Positions 7,556-16,936 of a DNA stretch of 36,982 nucleotides are shown in pieces; positions within the stretch are counted from its first letter, which is position 1, and each line of letters begins with the position of its first letter. The stretch covers positions 1 through 36,982 of the forward strand of contig JASMTM010000008.1 in NCBI GenBank assembly GCA_041694295.1. Reading direction: 5' to 3'. The stretch comes from Petrotogales bacterium. Lineage in GTDB: Bacteria; Thermotogota; Thermotogae; Petrotogales; Kosmotogaceae. Position numbers and translations under genes: made by a program. The notes below the pieces were generated by a model. The model saw only the letters and a program-made list of their open reading frames with translations. It did no database searches and was not told where the DNA came from.

Positions 7556-10003
7556 TTAAGGCTTCATATTAAGTTCTAAGAACAGAGAAGTTGTTAAATC
7601 ATCATCTATAGATATACCAACCTTTGGATACAATCTTATGCCAAAACCCCATGTATCATTTATTCCAGTGGTTACATATAAAACACCATTATCGAAGTTG
7701 TTTGATATTCCATTTATTCTTGCACCAATAGCCATTTCTGATACAAAGAGCCAGGGGACTTTACCAGAATGGATATCAAGAATATTTTGAAGCAAAGAGA
7801 TTGTCCAACGTTTTTCATCAGTGTTAAATGATCCTTTTATCAATGTATTTAAGTTGGGGGCCATTGAGATTGAACAAGATAATTCTGGAAAAACCGAATC
7901 TTCAGTAAAATGAATGTAGGGGTTGAAATTAACATCCCATCGATCTCCAGCTAATACACTTTTTAAAGTAATTTCAAAGCTACTTCCAATTTTGTAACGT
8001 AGAGAAAGAGCACCATTAAGTGTTATTCCAGGTCTTAATATTTTATCAAGTCCAAGGTATTCCAGAGAAATTGTCCCAGTTATTGATGAAGGGAGAGTTA
8101 ATCCAACATTCAACTGACTTGATAATCTTTTTGTCATTTTACAATGATAATCTGCATTAAATATAAAGTGTTTGTTGCCATCGTCATACTCTCCACTAAG
8201 TGTTAGCCTGTGTTTTTCGAAGGGATCAGTATGTATGGTGCCAAAACCCAGTTTGTAGCCATCGCTTCCAAAACTTACTAAAGGAAAATGAATTACAGGA
8301 TTTATGAAATATCTGGTTACATTGAGTCCAAAATCACCCTCTTCGTAGTTCACATCAATTGAATTATCCGTACTCTTGAGTTCTGGTGTAGCAATCTCTT
8401 TTCCAAGCGGTTCCAGCTCGAAAACAGCCATACCTTTACTTTTAAAAGAGTTTCCTGTTGCATATATTTTATTTTTAAAGCAAACAACCTTCTCCAGAAA
8501 CATTCCTTCGCTTAGCTGATAAAGCCTTTTTGCATAAGGATCAAAAGCGTAGGCATCCATATACTTTTCATTGTAGGCAGCAGTAAAGATTAATTTTTCG
8601 TTGAACCATTGAATGGAGGAACTTTTGAAAACCGGATCATCTAAAACGAATTCTAAATTACCGGATTCTATCAATGCTATACTTCCCTGTGTTTGCTCAT
8701 TATCAACAATGAGAGCTATTTCTCCCTCTTCAGAAATTTCGATATCTTTTACGTGAAACTCTGTTTCCAGGAATATTGAATTGTTCTTCAAAAGTGTACT
8801 TCTTTCATTTTTTTGATCGTAACAGGCTATATAAATATCTTTATTATTTATTTCAAATGCAGTTATTTGTCCTTTGAAAACGTCTTCCCATCCATTTGCA
8901 TCTTTTTTCCACAATGTTCGTGTATATTCACTACCCTCAATATCGTTTTGCATAGTAAGTAATACGCCATTATCACTTTTCGCTCTTATTGGAAGGGCAC
9001 CATTGATTTCTATTGAGGATTTTCCCTGCTCATCTAGAGAAGCTATGTTGATTCTATGTTTATTATCCCAGGATGAAGCGTTACCCATAATTGCGTAAGA
9101 AAAGTACAATTTATCATCTGACCATATATCTGTTATGTTTCCATTTTTTACAGTATAAATCTCTTTGAATTTACTCTGTTTGATCGGAGATTCATTAGAC
9201 AATGTCTCTTTCCATTCGTTGTATAGAACGTTAATGTCTTTTCCAAAAGCTTTGTTTGATGCGATAATAATACCCAGGATAGGGGGCATTTTTGCAACTA
9301 TGGAATGAAATTCTTTGGCTTTTGATAAACCATATTTATTGATTAGGTACTCATAGAATCCGGCTGGATAATTGTAGTAAAGAAACCCTCCCCTGTAATC
9401 TTCATCATTTATTGCAAGTGTATAAGCAAGATCAGGAAAATAATTACCTTCAATACTTGATAAATACATGCCCCTGCCCCATACCGGATTATTTAGTCTG
9501 CCTTCGGCAAAATGTATGGAAGATTCTGCCAATAACGTTACAGATTCACCGAAAGGAGTAAAGAACTGCGGTGACAGCAACTCTGAACCTGTGAAAATGT
9601 TGGTAAGAAATCTGTTGATGCCCGAAATGTAAGAAAGATGAACTATATGTGTGAATTCATGCATTATAACCTGTCTGAACCAGCTCACTGAGTTCAATCT
9701 GGTTGCCATATAGCTGTCTGGTGGCCACGTATATATTGCAATAGTCTTGTGATATTGAGGGACAGCATAGCCATTTGTTACTGTTCCGATATCCTTAATA
9801 ACAATATTTATTTTTCCAGGGTCGTTGCCAACCAGATTGATTGCCAGAGGTCTTATTTCCTCAAATATCTTTCCTGCCTTTTCAGCTATTACTTTATATC
9901 CTGTTTCGTAATAAACATCAGCGTTCGGGAACTTCAATAATCCATAAGAAAAAATGGTTGATACGCACACTAAAAAAACGATCAAGATATAAAATAATTT
10001 CAT
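7556..10003 (-). CDS. Secreted protein with a zinc-metallopeptidase HExxH motif and a beta-rich C-terminal half; family unknown
   Basis: An 815-aa uninterrupted ORF with an AAGGAG SD 8 nt upstream of the ATG. It has a hydrophobic N-terminal signal-like segment, HEFTH at aa 115-119 (DNA about 9649-9661), and alternating hydrophobic/polar strands over the last 250 aa or so. Confidence 0.85.
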   Translation of the reverse strand: MKLFYILIVFLVCVSTIFSYGLLKFPNADVYYETGYKVIAEKAGKIFEEIRPLAINLVGNDPGKINIVIKDIGTVTNGYAVPQYHKTIAIYTWPPDSYMATRLNSVSWFRQVIMHEFTHIVHLSYISGINRFLTNIFTGSELLSPQFFTPFGESVTLLAESSIHFAEGRLNNPVWGRGMYLSSIEGNYFPDLAYTLAINDEDYRGGFLYYNYPAGFYEYLINKYGLSKAKEFHSIVAKMPPILGIIIASNKAFGKDINVLYNEWKETLSNESPIKQSKFKEIYTVKNGNITDIWSDDKLYFSYAIMGNASSWDNKHRINIASLDEQGKSSIEINGALPIRAKSDNGVLLTMQNDIEGSEYTRTLWKKDANGWEDVFKGQITAFEINNKDIYIACYDQKNERSTLLKNNSIFLETEFHVKDIEISEEGEIALIVDNEQTQGSIALIESGNLEFVLDDPVFKSSSIQWFNEKLIFTAAYNEKYMDAYAFDPYAKRLYQLSEGMFLEKVVCFKNKIYATGNSFKSKGMAVFELEPLGKEIATPELKSTDNSIDVNYEEGDFGLNVTRYFINPVIHFPLVSFGSDGYKLGFGTIHTDPFEKHRLTLSGEYDDGNKHFIFNADYHCKMTKRLSSQLNVGLTLPSSITGTISLEYLGLDKILRPGITLNGALSLRYKIGSSFEITLKSVLAGDRWDVNFNPYIHFTEDSVFPELSCSISMAPNLNTLIKGSFNTDEKRWTISLLQNILDIHSGKVPWLFVSEMAIGARINGISNNFDNGVLYVTTGINDTWGFGIRLYPKVGISIDDDLTTSLFLELNMKP

Positions 10004-10223
10004 CGTATATTCTCCTTTCTGAAACGATTATTATAACTTATGTCAATTATACGATAATAGAAAAAATCATAAATTTGAATTACAAAATAACCGGCAAAAT
10101 TTCTAATAGTCGGAAAAAGATAGAAAAACGCAAATTATGGGTTTAATGGTTAGTAAAATGAAATTAAACGTTCTTCTTCACTAATATTAAGTTGAAGTTT
10201 TTGTTAATTGTAAAAATTGCCTA

Positions 10224-10252
10224 TTGAAGAATGTATTATCTTGCTTTATTAT
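10224..10252 (+). promoter_or_regulatory. Sigma-70-type promoter of groES-groEL
   Basis: TTGAAG (10224-10229), a 17-nt spacer, then TATTAT (10247-10252). It lies immediately upstream of the CIRCE element. Confidence 0.55.
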
Positions 10253-10257
10253 ATAAA

Positions 10258-10284
10258 TTAGCAGACTCAAGGTTAGAGTGCTAA
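10258..10284 (+). promoter_or_regulatory. CIRCE operator (HrcA binding site)
   Basis: The sequence is ttagcagac-tcaaggtta-gagtgctaa, against the consensus TTAGCACTC-N9-GAGTGCTAA. The right arm is perfect and the left arm has 2 mismatches. It sits between the promoter and the groES SD. Confidence 0.75.
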
Positions 10285-10312
10285 AAAATAAATATTGAAA
10301 GGAGGATTCATC

Positions 10313-10582
10313 GTGAAAGTCATTCCATTAGGATCGAGATTGTTAATTAAGCCTATTCAAGAGGAGAAGAAGACAGAAGGGGGTATAGTAATACCCGAAA
10401 CAGCAAAAGAGAAACCTATGAAAGCTGAGGTACTTGAGGTTGGAAAAGAAGTTGAAGACCTTGATGTAAAACCAAAGGACAAGGTTATTTTTTCCAAGTA
10501 TGCAGGTACTGAACTGAAGATTGATGAAGAAAATTATATTATCATTGATCAGGACGACGTTCTGGCAAAACTTGAGGACTGA
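10313..10582 (+). CDS. groES: Co-chaperonin GroES
   Basis: VKVIPLGSRLLIKP...EGGIVIPETAKEKP... is a canonical Cpn10. The GTG at 10313 lies 5 nt after AAAGGAGGA. The track's TTG at 10295 precedes the SD. Confidence 0.95.
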   Translation: MKVIPLGSRLLIKPIQEEKKTEGGIVIPETAKEKPMKAEVLEVGKEVEDLDVKPKDKVIFSKYAGTELKIDEENYIIIDQDDVLAKLED

Positions 10583-10592
10583 AAGGAGGTAG

Positions 10593-12224
<1,632 letters not shown>

Positions 12225-12253
12225 ATAAATAAAAGGTAACAAGAAGTTAAAAA

Positions 12254-12278
12254 GGGGACTTTTATAGTCCCCTTTTTT
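12254..12278 (+). terminator. Rho-independent terminator of groESL
   Basis: Stem GGGGACT (12254-12260) / AGTCCCC (12266-12272), followed by T6 (12273-12278). Confidence 0.85.
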
Positions 12279-12348
12279 GTTTATGCACTGTTTAACCATA
12301 AGAGAGTGTGTTAAAATTATTGAAAATAAATCTCAATAAGGTGATGTT

Positions 12349-12813
12349 ATGCTTTGTCCTTTATCCGAACTTCCCGCAGGAGCAAAAGGGAAAATAATAA
12401 AAATAGATCTACCTGACAGGTTTTCGGAAAGACTGTATGGTCTTGGGTTTGTTCCTGGAGAACAAGTTGAAGTTGTAAGAAAAGCCCCGCTGGGTGATCC
12501 TACAGTGTACAGAATCAAAGGCACAGAAATAACACTTCGTGATTCACAGGCGTCAGAAATTTACGTGAAGAGTGATATAACAAATCTTTCGGTTGCCCAT
12601 AGAGGTGAATATATTGTTGATTCTTTAAGCGGTGGTTATAGATTTAGAGAAAATGTCAACAGGATGGGAATAAGACCGGGACGCAGGATAAGAGTACTGT
12701 TGTCCCATGTAATCAAGAAATTTATCGAAACAAATAAAGGAAAATTTTGGTTACCCTTTGGAAAGTCCAAGAAGATTTTTGTGAGAGAAAGTAGCTATGA
12801 AAGAAAAAAATAA
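12349..12813 (+). CDS. feoA: FeoA-family protein with two tandem FeoA-like domains
   Basis: The first half matches the FeoA pattern (LSELPAGAKGKIIKI...RLYGLGFVPGEQVEVVRKAPLGDPTVYRIKGTEITLRDSQASEIYV). The second half repeats the pattern more weakly (NRMGIRPGRRIRVL...KIFV). The gene overlaps the feoB start by 17 nt. Confidence 0.8.
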   Translation: MLCPLSELPAGAKGKIIKIDLPDRFSERLYGLGFVPGEQVEVVRKAPLGDPTVYRIKGTEITLRDSQASEIYVKSDITNLSVAHRGEYIVDSLSGGYRFRENVNRMGIRPGRRIRVLLSHVIKKFIETNKGKFWLPFGKSKKIFVRESSYERKK

Positions 12814-14776
12814 AAAAAAGGCTGAACAATCAGAGACTAAAATAGACGTTGGGACCATTGCTCTGCTTGGTAACCCTAATGTAGGTAAAACAAGTGTGTT
12901 TAACCTGTTGACTGGTATGAAGCAATATGTTGCAAATTGGCCAGGGGTAACTGTGGAAAAACGCGTTGGTAAAATGGAAAAGGAGAACATGGCCTTTAAA
13001 GTAGTTGATTTACCGGGCACATATACTTTGGGAGCAAACAGCCTTGATGAAAAGATTACCAGGGATTATCTTATTGAGGAAGCTCCTGAGATAGTTGTGG
13101 TTATTGCAGATGCAGTTAATTTGGAGAGGAGCCTTTATTTATTATTTCAGGTTCTTGAAATGCGAGGAGATGTCATACTCGCGATCAATTCAATAGATGA
13201 AGCCAAGAAAGAGAATATTTTCATTGATCCAGAGGAACTTCAACAGCATCTGGGTATTCCTGTCTTCCTGATGTCTGCCTATACGGGTGAGGGAGTAGAG
13301 GATTTTATAAAAGGTATATTTAAGTACAATATAGGCAGTTCTCATGTCCATCATATGTTTAGCAAAGAATTAGAAAACAAGATAACAGAACTTTCTTCTA
13401 TTTTTAGAAATAAGGAAGAACTAAAAGATTACGACAGTCGGTGGTTATCTATCAAGGTTTTGGAAGGCGATGAAGATATCTGTAAGCTTACTGGTATCAA
13501 TTTGAAGCGCAACTTCTCAAGCGAAATTTCACAGCTGAGATATGAACATATCAAGTATATTTTGAAAGAATCCTATAAAAAGCCAGGAAAAGAGAAATGG
13601 GGAATGAATATGGCAACGGACCACGTATTTACCCACAAGTATCTTGGACTGGCCATATTTTTTTCCTTTATGTATCTTGTTTTTGAAATTACATTCACTT
13701 TTGGTGAGCCGTTTGCGTTGATGATAGAAGAAGGTTTAGGCGCTTTTGGTACTTTTATTGATGGACTTATAAATATTGAGTGGCTGGCCAATGTTTTGAG
13801 TGAAGGAATAGTTGGTGGAGTAGGAGCCGTTCTTGTTTTTGTTCCAAATATTTTCATTTTGTTCCTGATAATGGGTATCCTGGAGGAATCTGGTTATCTT
13901 CCGAGAGCAGCTTTTGTTGTTGATAAAGCAATGTACACGTTAAAATTGAGTGGACGTTCCTTTATGTCTCTACTCCTTGGTTTTGGATGTAATGTTACAT
14001 CAATAATGTCTACGAGATCGATAAGTGAACCACAGGAAAGGATTGTTACGGCTATAGTATCACCATTTATAAGCTGTAGCGCGCGATTGCCTGTTTATAT
14101 AATGATAGCAGGTGTTTTTTTTGGTGCCAGAGCTGGTATAGTGATTTTTTCAATTTATTTGTTCAGTATATTTATAACTGCTGTTTCATCAATATTTATA
14201 AATAAGCTGTTGTTTAAAGGTAAACCTGCACCGATGATTATGGAATTGCCCAGATATCGAACCCCAAAAATTTCCTCTTTAATTCAGTATACATGGAATA
14301 GAGGAAAACATTTTCTAAAAAAAGCCGGGAGCATTATCTTAATAGCTTCAATAGTGATCTGGTTTTTGTCCTACTTTCCCGTACCAGGAAATATTGCAGA
14401 AAGCTTTGCTGCAAAAATAGGTCATTTTTTGGAGCCTATCTTTGCTCCAATTGGTTTTACATGGGAAATGGTAACTTCATTGATTTTTGGTGTTGCTGCA
14501 AAAGAGGTAATTGTTTCAACTCTTTCTACCTTAACGTTATCAGCACAGACCGGTGTTTCAGCCGCTGCTGAACTTATGAAATCCGGTTTGACACAGTTTG
14601 GTGCACTGGCTTTTTTGATGTTTGTTTTGCTTTATGTGCCATGTTTGCCAACACTTATAGTTTTGAAAAATGAAACAGGAAAATGGAGATATCTTTTATT
14701 ATCAATTGTTTATAGTTTCTCATTAGCTTATGTAGTGGCTTTGATAATATCTCTTGCAGGGAGATTGTTTGTATGA
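12797..14776 (+). CDS. feoB: Ferrous iron transporter FeoB
   Basis: N-terminal G-domain (GNPNVGKTSVFNLLTG, DLPG, NSID) followed by a polytopic membrane domain with the gate-motif region CNVTSIM. Confidence 0.95.
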   Translation: MKEKNKKKAEQSETKIDVGTIALLGNPNVGKTSVFNLLTGMKQYVANWPGVTVEKRVGKMEKENMAFKVVDLPGTYTLGANSLDEKITRDYLIEEAPEIVVVIADAVNLERSLYLLFQVLEMRGDVILAINSIDEAKKENIFIDPEELQQHLGIPVFLMSAYTGEGVEDFIKGIFKYNIGSSHVHHMFSKELENKITELSSIFRNKEELKDYDSRWLSIKVLEGDEDICKLTGINLKRNFSSEISQLRYEHIKYILKESYKKPGKEKWGMNMATDHVFTHKYLGLAIFFSFMYLVFEITFTFGEPFALMIEEGLGAFGTFIDGLINIEWLANVLSEGIVGGVGAVLVFVPNIFILFLIMGILEESGYLPRAAFVVDKAMYTLKLSGRSFMSLLLGFGCNVTSIMSTRSISEPQERIVTAIVSPFISCSARLPVYIMIAGVFFGARAGIVIFSIYLFSIFITAVSSIFINKLLFKGKPAPMIMELPRYRTPKISSLIQYTWNRGKHFLKKAGSIILIASIVIWFLSYFPVPGNIAESFAAKIGHFLEPIFAPIGFTWEMVTSLIFGVAAKEVIVSTLSTLTLSAQTGVSAAAELMKSGLTQFGALAFLMFVLLYVPCLPTLIVLKNETGKWRYLLLSIVYSFSLAYVVALIISLAGRLFV

Positions 14777-15156
14777 GTATAAAAGGTATAAATAGTTGGT
14801 TATGGATACTGGGTATCCTTTATTCATTAATGGCGCTAAACACATTAACAGGATTTACTTATGCTGAACAGGATATAATCTTTGGACTTGTACTTTGTGT
14901 AAGTGCAGGTATCTACTTCTTTGGTCTTCGCGAAAGCATTGAGAAACCACAAAGACGGGCAGCACATCTTCTTATTGGTACCATATTTTCTTCTCTGTTG
15001 GGCTTATTCAAATTTTTAATACTTCTTGGAAGCTTATTATCTGGTTACTTAGAACAGGATTTTCATTTTTCTGTTGATTCATTCAATCTTTCAGTTATAA
15101 TTGGCAGTGTGATAACTTTGGTCATACATTTGCGAATAAGAAAACAATTCACCTAA
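14773..15156 (+). CDS. Small integral membrane protein (about 4 TM), unknown function
   Basis: Its ATG overlaps the feoB stop (ATGA at 14773-14776). The 127 aa contain four hydrophobic segments. I recognise no family. Confidence 0.65.
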   Translation: MSIKGINSWLWILGILYSLMALNTLTGFTYAEQDIIFGLVLCVSAGIYFFGLRESIEKPQRRAAHLLIGTIFSSLLGLFKFLILLGSLLSGYLEQDFHFSVDSFNLSVIIGSVITLVIHLRIRKQFT

Positions 15157-15201
15157 AAAACTATAAATACTTGTTCTGATAGCAATTGGGAGGATGGTTT
15201 T

Positions 15202-15813
15202 ATGGCTGATATATTTATAGTAGATCCCCAAGTAAACGTAAGAAGGCTTATTAAAAATATTTTGACAAGAAGAGGACATAATATATATACATTCGCAACA
15301 TCTGAAGAGGCACTTGATAGTATAAAGAAAGGTGATCGACCTGTACTGATGTTTTTAGATCTGAAAATGCCCAAGATGAATGGTTTCGATTTCATTGAAA
15401 AGCTTGAAGAATTGGGGTGCTCTTTTCCAATTGTTGTAGTTACAGAATTGGATAAACCAGATATAATAAGAAAAGCTTTTATTATGGGGGTTTGCGATTT
15501 TATAACCAAACCATTCGCACCACAAGAATTAACCGAAGCCTTTGAAAATTGTGTAAGAGCCGAAGAAGGGCTTCAAAAAAGAGTTAGACAGATTGAAAAA
15601 TTGATAAAAGATGAAAAAATAAGCAAGGCTACCAGGGAGATCAGAAGGTTAATAAAGGATTTTCCAGATAGTCCTTATCCTCATTATTTGTTTGCTCTTG
15701 TTTCAGGTGAGGATAAGAAGACCAAGCATCTTAAAGCAGCACTCGCGCTGGATGAAAATTTCAAGGGAGCGAGAGAACTGCTTGAGAAAAAAGAAGAGAA
15801 AGATAATAATTAG
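15202..15813 (+). CDS. CheY-like response regulator receiver with a C-terminal TPR-like tail
   Basis: Receiver residues are present: D9 (IVDPQ), phospho-acceptor context FLDLKMPKMNG, T in VVVTE, and K in ITKPF. The C-terminal 80 aa or so include the TPR-like KAALALDENFKGARELL. A GGGAGGA SD is present. Confidence 0.85.
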   Translation: MADIFIVDPQVNVRRLIKNILTRRGHNIYTFATSEEALDSIKKGDRPVLMFLDLKMPKMNGFDFIEKLEELGCSFPIVVVTELDKPDIIRKAFIMGVCDFITKPFAPQELTEAFENCVRAEEGLQKRVRQIEKLIKDEKISKATREIRRLIKDFPDSPYPHYLFALVSGEDKKTKHLKAALALDENFKGARELLEKKEEKDNN

Positions 15814-15824
15814 GAGAGAATAAT

Positions 15825-16277
15825 ATGCCTATTTTAAGAGGAACCAGTAAGAAAAAAGGATATTATTTTGTAATTTTTGGTTGTGGCAGATTGGGTTCCA
15901 GAATAGCCAACTGGCTATCAGGAACTGGTAATAGTGTAGTTGTAGTTGATAGAGAAGAAGTCGCTTTTCAATCTCTGTTTTATGAATTTACGGGTTTTAC
16001 AATAATTGGAGATGCAACAGAATTGGAAACATTTCGTTCAGCCAAGGTTGATATGGCTGATTTTGTTCTCGTTCTTACTTCTGATGATAATACAAACGTT
16101 ATGATTGGGATGGTGGCAAAAGAGTATTATAACGTGCCACGTGTGCTTGCAAGAGTAACAGATCCAAACAATATTGAATTGTTTTCCGAATTTGGTATTG
16201 AGATAATCTGTCCGACGATGCTGGCGGTTGAAAATATTGAAGAGAGATTAGGATTCAATGAGAGTGATGAAGAATGA
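15825..16277 (+). CDS. trkA: TrkA-N (KTN/RCK) NAD-binding domain protein
   Basis: Rossmann motif FGCGRLGSRIA followed by VVVVDRE. The 150 aa comprise a KTN domain only. An AGGAGA SD is present. Confidence 0.85.
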   Translation: MPILRGTSKKKGYYFVIFGCGRLGSRIANWLSGTGNSVVVVDREEVAFQSLFYEFTGFTIIGDATELETFRSAKVDMADFVLVLTSDDNTNVMIGMVAKEYYNVPRVLARVTDPNNIELFSEFGIEIICPTMLAVENIEERLGFNESDEE

Positions 16278-16936
16278 GAATTGTATTAATTGCTGGTACA
16301 GAACTGGCATATCATCTATCACGCAGGTTACAGGATAAGGGGCACCAAATAACTATTGTAGATAAAGATGAAGAGTTTTGTGAGGTTCTGGCAAAACGTT
16401 TGAAAAAAGCCACAATAATAAATGGTGATGGTAGTAAAAGACATGTTCTGGAACAGCTTGAATTGAATGTTGATGATTTATTTGTAGCGCTAACACCAAA
16501 TGATCAGGATAACCTAATTGCATGTATGCTGGCGAAAAAAGTCTTTAAGTTAAATCGACCAATAGCGCTTGTAAACGACCCAGACAACATAAAAGTATTT
16601 AGAAAGATAGGGGTTTCTGCTGTTGTCAGTCCCACGGAGATACTTTCACGGGCTATTGAAGATAGCCTTTTTAGGGAACAAATAACCAACTTGATTCCAA
16701 ACTCTGAACGACTTTCAGTATTCAGAGTTGAAATGGATGAAGATTCACCTGCAGTTTCGAAAAAATTGAAGGATCTTGAATTACCAAAAGACAGTGTAAT
16801 AGGGGCCATCATAAGAAAGGATGAAGTAATAATACCAGGTGGTGACACGGGAATACAAGCTGATGACACGTTAATTGTGTTAAGTAATCCCTCGGTACAA
16901 TCAGCTGTTTTCACCATTTTGCTTGGTGAGGTTTAA
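16274..16936 (+). CDS. trkA: TrkA/KtrA-like RCK protein (KTN + TrkA-C domains)
   Basis: 220 aa with a KTN-like N-terminus, though with a degenerate glycine motif (IAGTELAYHL). It has a TrkA-C-like C-terminus (DSPAVSKKLKDLELPKDSVIGAIIRKDEVIIPGGDTGIQADDTLIVL). Its start overlaps the upstream stop. Confidence 0.9.
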   Translation: MRIVLIAGTELAYHLSRRLQDKGHQITIVDKDEEFCEVLAKRLKKATIINGDGSKRHVLEQLELNVDDLFVALTPNDQDNLIACMLAKKVFKLNRPIALVNDPDNIKVFRKIGVSAVVSPTEILSRAIEDSLFREQITNLIPNSERLSVFRVEMDEDSPAVSKKLKDLELPKDSVIGAIIRKDEVIIPGGDTGIQADDTLIVLSNPSVQSAVFTILLGEV

